A stretch of DNA of 64,000 bases from an uncultured Acidimicrobiia bacterium. GTDB lineage: Bacteria > Actinomycetota > Acidimicrobiia > Spongiisociales > UBA5794. The stretch's first letter is position 1. Each line of letters opens with the position of its first letter. The notes beneath the pieces are model-generated. The model searched no databases. It had not been told where the DNA came from and saw only the letters and a program-made list of their open reading frames with translations. Positions 1 to 13,250 of the stretch are shown here, piece after piece. Both the position numbers and the translations under genes were made by a program. The stretch lies in assembly GCA_963834375.1 (NCBI GenBank), contig CAWIBM010000001.1, positions 69,864 through 133,863 of the forward strand. The letters run 5' to 3'.

Positions 1-280
1 CATGAAGGCGTCCGGGGTGTCGAGCGACCTCCTCGACGAGATCGGACGGGTGATCACCTGGCCGGCGACCCATGACCAGGTGGTGGCGGCATCACGGCTG
101 GTCCCCGACGACGTGGTGCAGTGATCTGCGCCGCCGGCAGCCCCGACGAGGTCCGGGCCAAGGTGGCCGAGTACGTCGCCACCGGCTGCACCTGCCCGAT
201 CCTCTACCCGCTCGGCCCCGACGTCCGGCTGATGATCGACACCTTCGCGGCGTCGACTCCTTCTCCCTCGGGGGAAGTAG
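1..280 (+). pseudogene. 3' end of an LLM-class (luciferase-like, flavin/F420-dependent) oxidoreductase; cut by the window edge and frame-shifted near 120
   Basis: Frame 2 reads ...[34 protein letters not shown] and the sequence continues in frame 1 as [41 protein letters not shown]. This is the typical C-terminal tail of LLM oxidoreductases. The stop position is uncertain. Confidence 0.5.
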
Positions 281-294
281 GCCTGAGACCGGCT

Positions 295-691
295 CTACCG
301 CGACCCCCCGAACTCGGGGGGAGGGTCGAGGCGGCCCTCGGCGAACGTGTAGTACTCGTGGAGGCTGCGGCAGCGGCCGTCGTCGTCGAACACCAGGAGC
401 AGGCACCCGGGCAGGGTGACCTCGGCTCCGGCGTTCTCCATCGTCGTCCAGAACTCGACGGCGACCCGGTTCCCGTCGACCACCGGGCGCCCCATGCGTG
501 ACCCGGACGTCCCGCTGGGTCGAGGTGACCTGGGACCAGTAGGCCCGGACGCCCTCCCGACCGACGTGGGGCTCCTCGAAGATGTTGGAGCGGTAGGTGG
601 CTTCCTCGGTGAAGAGGTCGGCGGCGGCTTCGGCGTCGACCTCCTCCCATGCCCGGCGATAGCCCTCGACCCAAGTGGCCACGTCGATCAT
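295..691 (-). pseudogene. SnoaL-like / NTF2-fold protein, one frameshift near 495-510
   Basis: N-terminal part: MIDVATWVEGYRRAWEEVDAEAAADLFTEEATYRSNIFEEPHVGREGVRAYW (frame of ORF 92..712). C-terminal part: [45 protein letters not shown] (ORF 295..495). An AAGGAG SD lies just upstream of ATG 691. Confidence 0.7.
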
Positions 692-750
692 GGCCTCTCC
701 TTCGCATCTCACTCCCGATCGTGATGGAGCGTACGGTCACCCCCGTCCGG

Positions 751-1828
751 CTAGCTCCCGGCTCGGCGTCCCTGACCCGGCCACCTTCCCCGGGGAACGG
801 CGCTATCAGTCACAACCGGGCGTGGAGCCGGGCCGGCCTGTTCGGCGGCCTTCGCCCGCACCTCGGCGGGATCGACCCGGGTGGCGACGCCGTCGTCGAG
901 CACGACCTCTCCGTCGATCTCGACCCGGAGTGGTCGCACGCCCGGGGTGAAGGCGACGTGCCAGGGATCGATGGGGTCGTACGACCATGTGACCCGGTCG
1001 TCGCCGGCCTCGGGGACGATGCCCCAGCCGGCCTCCAGCCAGGCCCACGCCGCTCCGGGTGTGGCGGTGACGTCGACCGATCGGTGCAGCAGATACGCCA
1101 GCCGGAACATGTCGAGCATGTCGGCGCCGATGCCGTCGGTGCCCAGGGCGACCGGGTCGGCGAACCGGCGCGGATCGGCGTAGCCGACCCCGTTGTTCAG
1201 GTTGGACGCCGGGTTGTGGAGGATCGGTGCCCCGGAGCGGGTGGTCGTCGGGCAGGTGGACGCCGTGGGCGAGCAACCAGTCGTCGGTGGTGAGCGCAGC
1301 CAGGCGAGGTACGGCGCCGGCATCCTCGGGACCCTCGGCGACGTGGATGTGCACTCCGACCCCGTACTCGGCGGCCAGCTCGGCGGCGGCGTCCAGGGTG
1401 TCGTCGGTGCAGGTGAAGGCGGCGTGGACACCGACCATGCCCCGTCCACCATCGGCCAGGAACCGCCGGTTCTCCTCCAGGCCGCGCCTGGCGCCCTCCG
1501 TCCCATGGCGATCGGTGACCCCGTAGGCGGCCACCACCCGCACCCCGACCTCGGCGCAGGCCTCGGCGACGACGGACAGGCTCCCCTCGATGGCGTTGGG
1601 CGACTCGTGGTGGTCGACGATGGCGGTGGTGCCATGCTCGATCGGCCTCGAGGGCGCCGAGCATCGCCGACCAGCGGATCATCTGCAGGTCGAGGGCGGC
1701 GTCGAGCCGCCACCACACCTGCTCGAGGATCTCCCTGGAAGGTCGTCGGGGATCTCCGGCGGCGCCGGCATCCCCCGGGCGAGGGTGGAGTAGAGATGGT
1801 GGTGGGCGCAGACGAGGCCGGCCGTCAC
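751..1828 (-). pseudogene. ssnA: SsnA-like amidohydrolase (chlorohydrolase/aminohydrolase family), at least 3 frameshifts, N-terminally short
   Basis: Colinear fragments lie in three frames: VTAGLVCAHHHLYSTLARGM (HxH), EILEQVWWRLDAALD, IEHGTTAIVDHHESPNAIEGS, GVGVHIHVAEG, ILHNPASNLNNGVGY, ALGTDGIGADM, VEIDGEVVLDDG. They match E. coli SsnA as I recall it. The gene sits directly downstream of the xdhD-like gene. Confidence 0.7.
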
Positions 1829-1837
1829 CGCCCCGGC

Positions 1838-4444
<2,607 letters not shown>

Positions 4445-4526
4445 GACGTTCTCCGGCAGAGCGTCACACCATCATCACGCAGGGCGCCCCATCCTTCAAG
4501 CCGACGCGCGCCCGACACCCACCGGA

Positions 4527-5283
4527 TCACAGCCCGCGGAGGTGTTCCGGCACCAGGTCGGCGAGCAGCCAGGAGGTCCAGAGGTTTCCGGCGATCTCTT
4601 CGGCGTCCTGTAGGACGCCGTGCCGCCCGGCCCACTCGCACATACGCCGGATATCGCGGTGGAGGAGCTCCTCTGCGTGGTCGTTGAGGCGCGGGTCGAC
4701 CGCCTGGGGCATGTCGATCACGGTGATCCCGCCCTCCCACACGAGCACGTTGTACGGCGACAGGTCGGCATGGACGATGTCGGCACGCAGCATGGTGGCG
4801 ACGGCTTCGAGCACCAGGTCGAGGAGGTTCCCGGCCTCGTCCGGGCCCGAGACCCGGTGAGAGCGGAGCTGGGGAGCGGCGGCTGCCTCGTCTCCGACAT
4901 ACCTCATCAGGATGGCGTCACCGGTACGGGCGATCGGGCGGGGCACCGGTGCCCCGGCGGCGTGAAGCGCGCCGAGGGTGGTCCACTCGCGCTCGACCCA
5001 GACCATGGCGGCGGCGCCGCCTGCCGAAGCGGGTGCGCTGGCGCACCGCCTTGGCTGCCCGCCTGTCGTCGATCCACTCACCGGCGCGGTAGACCGACTC
5101 GTCGCGGAAGTCGCGACGGTCGCGGGGGTGGAACACCTTGAGGGCGGCGAGATCGACGCCGGTGGTTCGTTGGTTGGCGCGGCAGAGGAGGACGGTGGCC
5201 TCCTTGCCGCTCTTGATCGGTCGTATGACCTCGTCGATGAGCCCTTCGTCGACGAAGTGCTCGGCTGCGGTCGCGTCTGACAA
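4527..5283 (-). pseudogene. RIO1-family atypical serine protein kinase, one frameshift near 5010
   Basis: N-terminal fragment: LIDEVIRPIKSGKEATVLLC. C-terminal fragment: IVHADLSPYNVLVWEGGITVIDMPQAVDPRLNDHAEELLHRDIRRM. GGAAGGAG lies 6 nt before TTG 5283. Confidence 0.75.
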
Positions 5284-5528
5284 CGCGGGCTCCTTCCGGA
5301 GGAACGGGTGTGGCCTGGACGGCCGCGTCCCCCGGAGCGGGCGAGGAGCAGAGAGCGGCGTGGCGCTCAAGCAGCGGAAGGCCCGGAGGGGAGCGGCGGG
5401 ACGAAGGTGGCGTCCAGGTCCGTGGTAGCCATGACTCGTCCTCCTCTCCTCCGGGGCGGCGCACCGGACGGCGCCGCAGGCATCGCCACCCTAACCCCTG
5501 GCCGGCGGATCGTCGATAGGCTCCGCCG

Positions 5529-6466
5529 ATGGACATCGCCATCCAGGCGGGCGGCACCTTCGAGGAGCTGCGCACCACGGCCCGTTGGGCCGAGCTTCTC
5601 GGGCTGTCGACGCTGGCCGTCGCCGACCACTACCTGTTCAGCCTCGGTGACGACATGCGGGACGTCCCCGCGTTCGACGCGCTCGCGCAACTCGCCGCGC
5701 TCGCGGTCGAAACCGAGCCACATCGGGCTTGGCCGTCCTGGTCAGCCCGATCACGTTCCGCCACCCGCGGTGCTGGCCAAGACGGCGGTGACCATCGACC
5801 ACCTGTCCGGGCGGCAGGTTCGCCCTCGGTGTCGGCACCGGCTGGCTGGAGCGGGAGCACGAGGTGTTCGGGCTGGGCTTCCCGGGGACGGGCGAGCGGT
5901 TCGCCATGCTCGAGGACGCCCTCGGGTACCTGCGGGCCTTCCTCGACCCCGACCACCCCGGCCACGAGGGCCGGTGGTTCTCGCTGGAAGCGGTACCGAC
6001 CGCCCCGCGCCCGATCGGTCCGTTGCCGATCGTGGTTGGCGGTATCGGGCCGCGAGCAGACCCCTCGCCTCGCCGGCGCCTATGCCGACGAGTTCAACTG
6101 CTACCCGGCTCCCCCCGGCGAGTGGCGGGCGCGGGTCGACCTAGCGCGGGTCGCCGCCGAGGACGCCGGCCGGGATCCGGACGCCCTCCTCATCAGCAGC
6201 GCCGGGGCGGTGATGTCCGCCGCCAACGAGGCCGAGTACCAGCGCGATGCTCGGCGAGTACCGCCGCTTCGGTCAGGGGTCACGGTCGAGCAGCTGGAGG
6301 CGCACATGCAGCGGCGCAACACCCCACGGGGCACCCACGACCAGGTCTGGAGCAGCTCGCCGCTCTCGCCGCAGAGGGGATGCAGCGGTTCTACCTCCAG
6401 CGCAGCTCCGGGTTCGACTACGACGAGACGGCCACCCTGATCGGCCGGCTGGCCGAGCTGGGCTGA
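5529..6466 (+). pseudogene. LLM-class flavin/F420-dependent oxidoreductase, several frameshifts
   Basis: MDIAIQAGGTFEELRTTARWAELLGLSTLAVADHYLF..., then GLGFPGTGERFAMLEDALGYLRAF, TPRLAGAYADEFNCY and GMQRFYLQRSSGFDYDETATLIGRLAELG* in shifting frames. Confidence 0.7.
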
Positions 6467-6516
6467 CGGCGAGTGAGACGGCGACCGGCCCGATGCTGCC
6501 GACCGAGTGCTCCCGG

Positions 6517-6987
6517 TCAGCCGGTGACGGTGAAGGTCGCCTCCATGCCCGCCGAGAAGTGGCCGGGCACCAAGCAGATCACCTGGTAGTCGCCGGGGTC
6601 GGGGGCGACGAACGTCCCCTCGGCGAATTCGCCCGGCTCGGCATGGAGCGCCACCACCGCCGAGTCGACCCGAAACTGGTCGACATCCTCGGGTAGGTCG
6701 TCCTCGCTGGCGACCTCGTGACCCTGGTCGAGCATGACGAAGTCGTGCTCGATCGAGCCCTCGTTGGCGGCGGTGACCGTGACCTCCGCCCCCGCCGGGA
6801 CCTCCATGGTGGCCGGGTCGTACTCGAACTCGATCATCGCCACCGAGACCTCGATCGTGTCGCCGCCGGGCCCTCCGCCGGTCGCCTCGGTGGCGTCGTC
6901 GTCACCACCGCAGGCGGCGAGCATGGCCACGGTCGCCACCACCGCCACCATCACGAGTTTCCCGGTCCTGATCACGAAGCACCTCAC
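6517..6987 (-). CDS. Cupredoxin (type-1 blue copper, plastocyanin/amicyanin-like) lipoprotein
   Basis: C-terminal part of ORF 6517..7914. Signal peptide with lipobox: [31 protein letters not shown]. Copper ligands: H in SIEHDFVM and C-x4-H-x4-M in VICLVPGHFSAGM. The start (GTG 6987 or ATG 6951) is uncertain. Confidence 0.8.
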   Translation of the reverse strand: MRCFVIRTGKLVMVAVVATVAMLAACGGDDDATEATGGGPGGDTIEVSVAMIEFEYDPATMEVPAGAEVTVTAANEGSIEHDFVMLDQGHEVASEDDLPEDVDQFRVDSAVVALHAEPGEFAEGTFVAPDPGDYQVICLVPGHFSAGMEATFTVTG

Positions 6988-7083
6988 GTCGATGTCGTCG
7001 GTCGCCACCGCCGATGAGCCGGTTGTCCTCGGGCGACAGCCCGGGCTCGGCCCCACGTTCGGGCGACGGTGCGCGCATCCTAG

Positions 7084-8099
<1,016 letters not shown>

Positions 8100-8110
8100 G
8101 CCGACTGCCC

Positions 8111-8240
8111 CGAACCTGCAGGTCCTGGCATATCGCTCCGATATGGCAAGCGCCTCATCGCTCGCCGGCTCAGGGGCCACATCTGAAGCGAAGTTGAGAG
8201 AATCGACCTATCGCTCCGATAGGTGAGAACCTCAGGTTCG
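8111..8240. repeat. Palindromic intergenic element, copy A (terminal inverted arms, each holding a GAACCT-N-AGGTTC-type palindrome and a TATCGCTCCGATA box)
   Basis: Left arm 8111-8143: CGAACCTGCAGGTCCTGGCATATCGCTCCGATA. Right arm 8209-8240: TATCGCTCCGATAGGTGAGAACCTCAGGTTCG. The arms are mutually inverted except for the CTC box centre. The same architecture recurs at 52532-52655. Confidence 0.8.
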
Positions 8241-8248
8241 GCGGGACC

Positions 8249-9187
8249 TCATGGCTCGAATGGCCGGCCCAAGGCCGCCGGGGCGTCGGTGGCGAGCACC
8301 GCCCGCCAGGAGGGGAAGCGGTCGGCGAGGTTGCGGAACCAGCTGCGGTTGACCAGGACGAGCATGAAGATCATCAGCGGGAACGGCAGCAGCGGCAGGA
8401 TCTGCGACAGGCCAGGGAAGGTCGGTTGCAGCTTGAGGGCGACCACCTGGAGCGCCCCGAACAGGTAGGCACCGAAGGCGGCCCGCAGCGGGTGCCAGCC
8501 GCCGAAGATGACGATCGCCAGGGCGATCCAGCCGAACCCGGCGGTGTGCCGGAACGACCAGCCCAGCTTCACGTCGAGCGAGAAGGCGGCGCCTCCGATG
8601 CCGACCAGCGCCCCGCCGATGAGGGCGTACCGATAGCGGAGGCGGTTGACCGCCACCGCCCGGGCGTGTGCCGCTTCGGGCCGTTCGCCTACGCCACGGA
8701 GCACCAGCCCGGGACCGGTCCGGAACATGTACCAGGTGGAGATGGCGATCAGCGCCAAACCGGCGTACACCACGACGTTGTGCGAGAAGAAGACGGTACC
8801 CAGCCATGGGATGTCGGACAGCAGCGGGATCTCCCAGTGAGGGACGGCGGCACCGGGCTGGCCGACGAACGACACCCCGAGGAACGAGCTGAGCTCGATG
8901 CAGAGCAACGCCAGCACGAAGCCGACCGCCACCTGGTTGACCCGGAGCCCGATGCTGGCCCACGCCACGAGGGCGGCGACCGCGCCACCGACGATGGCGG
9001 CGGCGACGAACCCGACCCACCACTGGCCGGTCTCGTAGCCGGCGGCGAACCCGGCCAGAGCCGACAGCATGAGGCTGCCCTCCAACGAGAGGTTGATGAC
9101 CCCTGACCGCTCGGTGACGGTCTCGCCGATGACGGCGAAGATCAGCGGGGTGGCGGCGGCGACGATCGAGGCCAGCGTGGCGTCCAT
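8249..9187 (-). CDS. ABC transporter permease (BMP/nucleoside-type importer)
   Basis: Intact 312-aa ORF that is hydrophobic throughout. It is last in the operon SBP-ATPase-permease-permease, and its start overlaps the stop of the upstream permease by 1 nt. Confidence 0.85.
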   Translation of the reverse strand: MDATLASIVAAATPLIFAVIGETVTERSGVINLSLEGSLMLSALAGFAAGYETGQWWVGFVAAAIVGGAVAALVAWASIGLRVNQVAVGFVLALLCIELSSFLGVSFVGQPGAAVPHWEIPLLSDIPWLGTVFFSHNVVVYAGLALIAISTWYMFRTGPGLVLRGVGERPEAAHARAVAVNRLRYRYALIGGALVGIGGAAFSLDVKLGWSFRHTAGFGWIALAIVIFGGWHPLRAAFGAYLFGALQVVALKLQPTFPGLSQILPLLPFPLMIFMLVLVNRSWFRNLADRFPSWRAVLATDAPAALGRPFEP

Positions 9188-10272
9188 CAGGCGCCCTCCA
9201 CGGCGGGGGCGCCCACTTCACCCCGGCCGCGACGCTGCTGCCATCCCCGGGTGAGCAGCACCAGCAGCACCAGCACCCCTTGGAGGACGCCGCCGAGTGA
9301 CGAGTCGATGTCGAGCTGCAGTTGGAGCTGCGTCGATCCAGAGAAGATGGCAGCGAAGAACAGCGCCACCGGTGCGATCCAGACCCGACGGAAGTCGACC
9401 AGCAGCACCACCAGCAGCGCCAGGAACCCGTAGCCGCCGGACACCGCCGGGACCAGCTTGTGGTGGAACCCGATCGCCTGGATCGCACCGGCGACCCCGG
9501 CCATCCCCCCGCACACGAGGAAGGCCCCGAGGAGCCGTCGGCGGGTGTCGACCCCGAACAGGGCGGCGCTCGCCGGTCCCCGCCCGATGGCCTTCAGCTC
9601 GAGGCCGAACCGGCTGCCTCGGAGCAGGACGCCGGTGACCACCAGGGCGGCGACGGCGAACAGGATGGCGAGGAGCGACAGGTTGGTGGTGCCCACGGTG
9701 GGAAGCCACGCCTCACGGCGGAACAGCTCGGTGCCGCTCGTCGAGGCGACCCCCTCCCGCTGCCACGGCCCGATGATGAGGTAGATGGCCAGCCCACGGG
9801 CGACGAAGTCGAGCCCGAGCCCGCCGAAGATCTCGTTGACCCCGCCGTGGGTGCGGAGCAGCCCGGCGGCGAGCCCCCACAGCGCCCCGCCGACGATCCC
9901 GGCGAGGATCACCGCGGGGATCACCACCACCGAGGGCCCCGGGACCATGCGGGCGGCAGCTGCTGCGGTGATGGCCCCGAAGGTGATCTGCCCGTCGATC
10001 CCGATGTTCCACAGGCCGGCGGCGAAGGTGATGCACAATCCGGCGGCGGCGAGCACCAGCGGTGCCCAGGCCATCAGGGTGTTGGCGGTGTCGGCTGCGT
10101 CGCCGAAGGCGCCGTCGAAGATGACGCGGAACGCCTCCAGCGGCGGCGCCCCGGCGAGCGCCAGCAGGGCGATGCCAACGGCCAGCGCCGCCACCACGGG
10201 CAGCACCCAGAGGACCGCCCGGGTCAGGCGGCGCGGTGATCCTCCAGGAGCAGCTGGCTCAGCGGGGGGCAC
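9187..10272 (-). CDS. ABC transporter permease (BMP/nucleoside-type importer)
   Basis: Intact 361-aa polytopic ORF. It overlaps the ATPase gene end (10259). Confidence 0.85.
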   Translation of the reverse strand: MPPAEPAAPGGSPRRLTRAVLWVLPVVAALAVGIALLALAGAPPLEAFRVIFDGAFGDAADTANTLMAWAPLVLAAAGLCITFAAGLWNIGIDGQITFGAITAAAAARMVPGPSVVVIPAVILAGIVGGALWGLAAGLLRTHGGVNEIFGGLGLDFVARGLAIYLIIGPWQREGVASTSGTELFRREAWLPTVGTTNLSLLAILFAVAALVVTGVLLRGSRFGLELKAIGRGPASAALFGVDTRRRLLGAFLVCGGMAGVAGAIQAIGFHHKLVPAVSGGYGFLALLVVLLVDFRRVWIAPVALFFAAIFSGSTQLQLQLDIDSSLGGVLQGVLVLLVLLTRGWQQRRGRGEVGAPAVEGA

Positions 10273-11721
10273 GGCCCGCTCCCGCCATCAGGGCGCCGAG
10301 CCGGTCGGCGCCGACGGTGGCGGCATCGACCACGTCCACCACCTCGCCGGCGTAGAACACGGCGATCCGGTCGGCGTGGAGCAGCAACTCGTCGAGGTCC
10401 GACGAGGCGAAGACGATGGCGGTGCCGCGCCGGCGGCGCTCCAGCAGGGTGCCCCAGACCCAGCGCGCCGAGCCGAGGTCGAGGCCCCGGGTCGGGTGCT
10501 CCAGGAGGAGCAGCTCCACGTGCTCGGGGAGCAGGGCGAACATCAGCCGCTGTTGGTTGCCTCCCGACAGCGCCTCGGCGGGCGAGTCTGGCCTCCCCTT
10601 GATCGAGTACCGCGCCACCCGCTCCACCGCCCCTCGTTCGGAGCCCGGCCAGTCGATGAAGGCGCCGCCCGGCTCGACCAGGGCGACGTGCTCGGTGATG
10701 GTCAACCCACCGACCAGGCCTTCCTCGGTGCGGTTGGCGGGGAGGAATCGGATGCCGGCGTCGAGCCGCTGCCGGTAACCGGCGCGGGTGAGGTCGACGC
10801 CGCCCAGGCTGAAGGTGCCCGATTCGAACGGGCGGAGCCCGGCGCAGGCCCGCAAGAGTTGCCGCTGGCCGCTGCCCTCGATGCCGGCCAGCCCCAACGC
10901 CTCGCCGGCGGCGACGGTCAGGTCGACTGGGCGCAACGGCACCAGGCGGTCGGCGACGGTGACCGCCTCCAGGTGCACCGATGTCCCCGCCGCCGGCGAA
11001 GGCGGCCGGACCTCCGGCTCGACCCGGCTGCCGAACATCAGCTCGACCAGGTCGTCGTGCGGGCAGGGGACCTGTCGATCGCCGACCACCTTTCCCGCCC
11101 GCATCACCACGACCCGGGTGCACAGCTCCTCGACCTCGTCGAGCTTGTGGGAGACGAAGATCACGCTGGTCCCGTCGGCGGCGAGGGCTCGCAGTGTGGC
11201 GAACAACGCGGCGCGCTGGGTCACGGAGATCGCCGTGGTGGGCTCGTCGAGGATGAGCACCCGTACCCCTGCCGAGATCAGGCGCAGGATCTCCAGCTGC
11301 TGGCGTTCCCCGATCGAGAGGCGCCGCACCGGGGTGTCGGGGTCGAGGCGAAGCCGAACCGCTCGGCCGCCGCCGCCAGCTCTTCCTTGGCACGGCTCCG
11401 GTCGCTCGCCGCCGGATTGGCCAGCATGAAGTTCTCCAGCACCGACATCGGCAGGAACACCAACGGGTCCTGGTGGAGCATCCCGATGCCGGCGGCGGAC
11501 GCATCGGCCGGCGAGCCGACGGCGATCGGAGCGCCGTCGACCCAGATCCTCCCCGAGTCCGCCGGCTGGAACCCGGAGAGGATCTTCATCAGCGTCGACT
11601 TACCGGCACCGTTCTCGCCGAGCACGCCGACCAGCTCGCCGTCGGCCACGACGAGGTCGACCCCGTCGTTGGCCCGCACCGGCCCGAAGGTCTTGGTGAT
11701 GCCGGCGAGCTCGACGGTCAA
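10259..11721 (-). pseudogene. ABC transporter ATP-binding protein with duplicated ATPase domains, one frameshift near 11300-11330
   Basis: MTVELAGITKTFGPVRANDGVDLVV, Walker A GENGAGKST, then LSIGERQQLEILR, VLILDEPT, and a second domain LSGGNQQRL / LLLEHPTRGLD. Confidence 0.85.
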
Positions 11722-11766
11722 GGAGGCGGCCTGACGGTCTCGCCGGCCGGCCCCGCGTCGGGGGGC

Positions 11767-13086
11767 TCAACTCGAGCTGCTCGCTCCCTCCATGCCCTCG
11801 AGCAGCTGCTCGGCGTACCAGATCTGGACGTCCGTTGCGGTCTCCCCGTCGGCCAGCCACGGGGTCCCGTCCTGGTAGTTGAGCGGCCCGGTGAACAGGT
11901 TGATCGAACCGTCGGCGAGCCCGGCGATGAATTCGTCGAGCTGGGCGGCGTTGTCCCCGAGACCCTCACCCGGTTCGAACCCGATCGAGCTGGTCTCCAG
12001 GTTGTTGATGTCCGCCCAATCGGGCCCGAGCCACTCCCAGGTCGGCGCGAACGTGCCGTCGATCACCGACTGGGCGATCTCCAGGTACGCAGGTCGCCAG
12101 TTGAAGAACGGCACGCCCAGGCAGGCGTTGGGGGCCTCGGCGCAGGCACCCTCGAAGTCGTAGGGCACGGCCCACACCGCCTCGTCGGCGGCGGAGCGCT
12201 GCCCGGCCACCACGATGGCCTCGGTGGTGTCGATACCGGACATGACCACATCCGACCCCGAGTCGAAGAACTCGTTGGTCACCTGGGTCGGGTCGAGGGT
12301 CACCCCCGGGATGTTGAACCAGAAGCCGATCCAGTTGACCGCGAACGACAGGGACTCCGCCGGCTCGCCCCGGTAGTTCTCCCAGCAGTAGCGGGCGCCC
12401 AGGAAGGCGGAGTTGGCCAGCCGCCGGGTCTCGTCGTTGATCAGCGGGCCCAGGTAGCTGATGGCACCGGTCTGGGTGGTCAGGGCGGCGGCGCAGCCGG
12501 CGATCATCTTCCCGTACTCCATCCGGCCCATGGTGTTGCCCAGGTTGGTGAGGTCCTCGCGGTAGCCGCTGCCCTCCGGCCATGCCGAGTCGCCCGAAGA
12601 CCAGATCATGGGGACGTCCGGGTTCTGCTCGGCGGCGAGCTCGATGCCGTCGCGCATGTCGTCGGACGTGGCGAAGATCAGCTGGGCGCCCTGGCTGACC
12701 ATGTCGGCGACCACCTGGTCGACCGTCGTGTTGGGGCGGTCGGCGGTGTTGACCCGGTCGAGGACGATCATCTCGGCGCCGAGCTGCTCCTCGAGGTAGA
12801 GCCCGGCCTCGTAGTGCGCCTGGCTCCAGCCATGGTCGTTCTGCGGGCCCACCAGGATCATGCCGAAGACCAGGCCGTCTCCGGCGGGCGCTTCCCCGGT
12901 GGTGGCGCTGGCGTCGCCTGCCGTTGTGGTGGCGCCGTCACCGGCCGTGGTCGCCGTGCCTCCCGCCGCCGTGGTGGCGCCGTCGGCCGGCTGGGTGGTG
13001 CCGCCGTCGTCGTCATCGCCTCCGCATGCGGCCGCCACCAGCGCCAGCATCGCCAGCAGCACCGCCATCCGTCGCATCGACTTCAT
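11767..13086 (-). CDS. BMP-family (PnrA-like) ABC substrate-binding lipoprotein, probably for nucleosides
   Basis: [27 protein letters not shown] lipobox. GAGGAGGAA SD precedes ATG 13086. The mature part is intact and 5' of the ATPase/permease genes. Confidence 0.8.
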   Translation of the reverse strand: MKSMRRMAVLLAMLALVAAACGGDDDDGGTTQPADGATTAAGGTATTAGDGATTTAGDASATTGEAPAGDGLVFGMILVGPQNDHGWSQAHYEAGLYLEEQLGAEMIVLDRVNTADRPNTTVDQVVADMVSQGAQLIFATSDDMRDGIELAAEQNPDVPMIWSSGDSAWPEGSGYREDLTNLGNTMGRMEYGKMIAGCAAALTTQTGAISYLGPLINDETRRLANSAFLGARYCWENYRGEPAESLSFAVNWIGFWFNIPGVTLDPTQVTNEFFDSGSDVVMSGIDTTEAIVVAGQRSAADEAVWAVPYDFEGACAEAPNACLGVPFFNWRPAYLEIAQSVIDGTFAPTWEWLGPDWADINNLETSSIGFEPGEGLGDNAAQLDEFIAGLADGSINLFTGPLNYQDGTPWLADGETATDVQIWYAEQLLEGMEGASSSS

Positions 13087-13250
13087 CGGTGTTCCTCCTC
13101 GTGTCCCGCACCGCTCGCGGGGGGCCCGGTCGGGTCGTGTCGGCACGTTAGACCGCGCCGCCACGACGGGCCCGTGGCGGCCAGGGACAAGGTTCGCGAC
13201 CCGGTCGGCCGCCGGCCGGTGGGTAGGCTCCGACGTCACGGAGGGACCCT

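Noticed and set aside
8112-8124. The GAAC...GTTC dyads inside the palindromic repeats (also at 8226-8239, 52533-52545 and 52642-52654) could be additional LexA boxes.
   Set aside because: The spacing is GAAC-N5-GTTC (or the half-site is GGAC/GTCC), not the N4 of the SOS operator. The genuine N4 box at 28331-28344 has a different context.
13087-13250. A purine/guanine riboswitch might be expected in the divergent leader between the BMP importer and the Mo-hydroxylase operon, or upstream of the deaminase at 6988-7092.
   Set aside because: I found no UAUA...CGCGUGGAUAUGG...CCGGGCACCGUAAAUGUCCGACUAUG-like three-way junction core. The regions show only generic GC-rich sequence.
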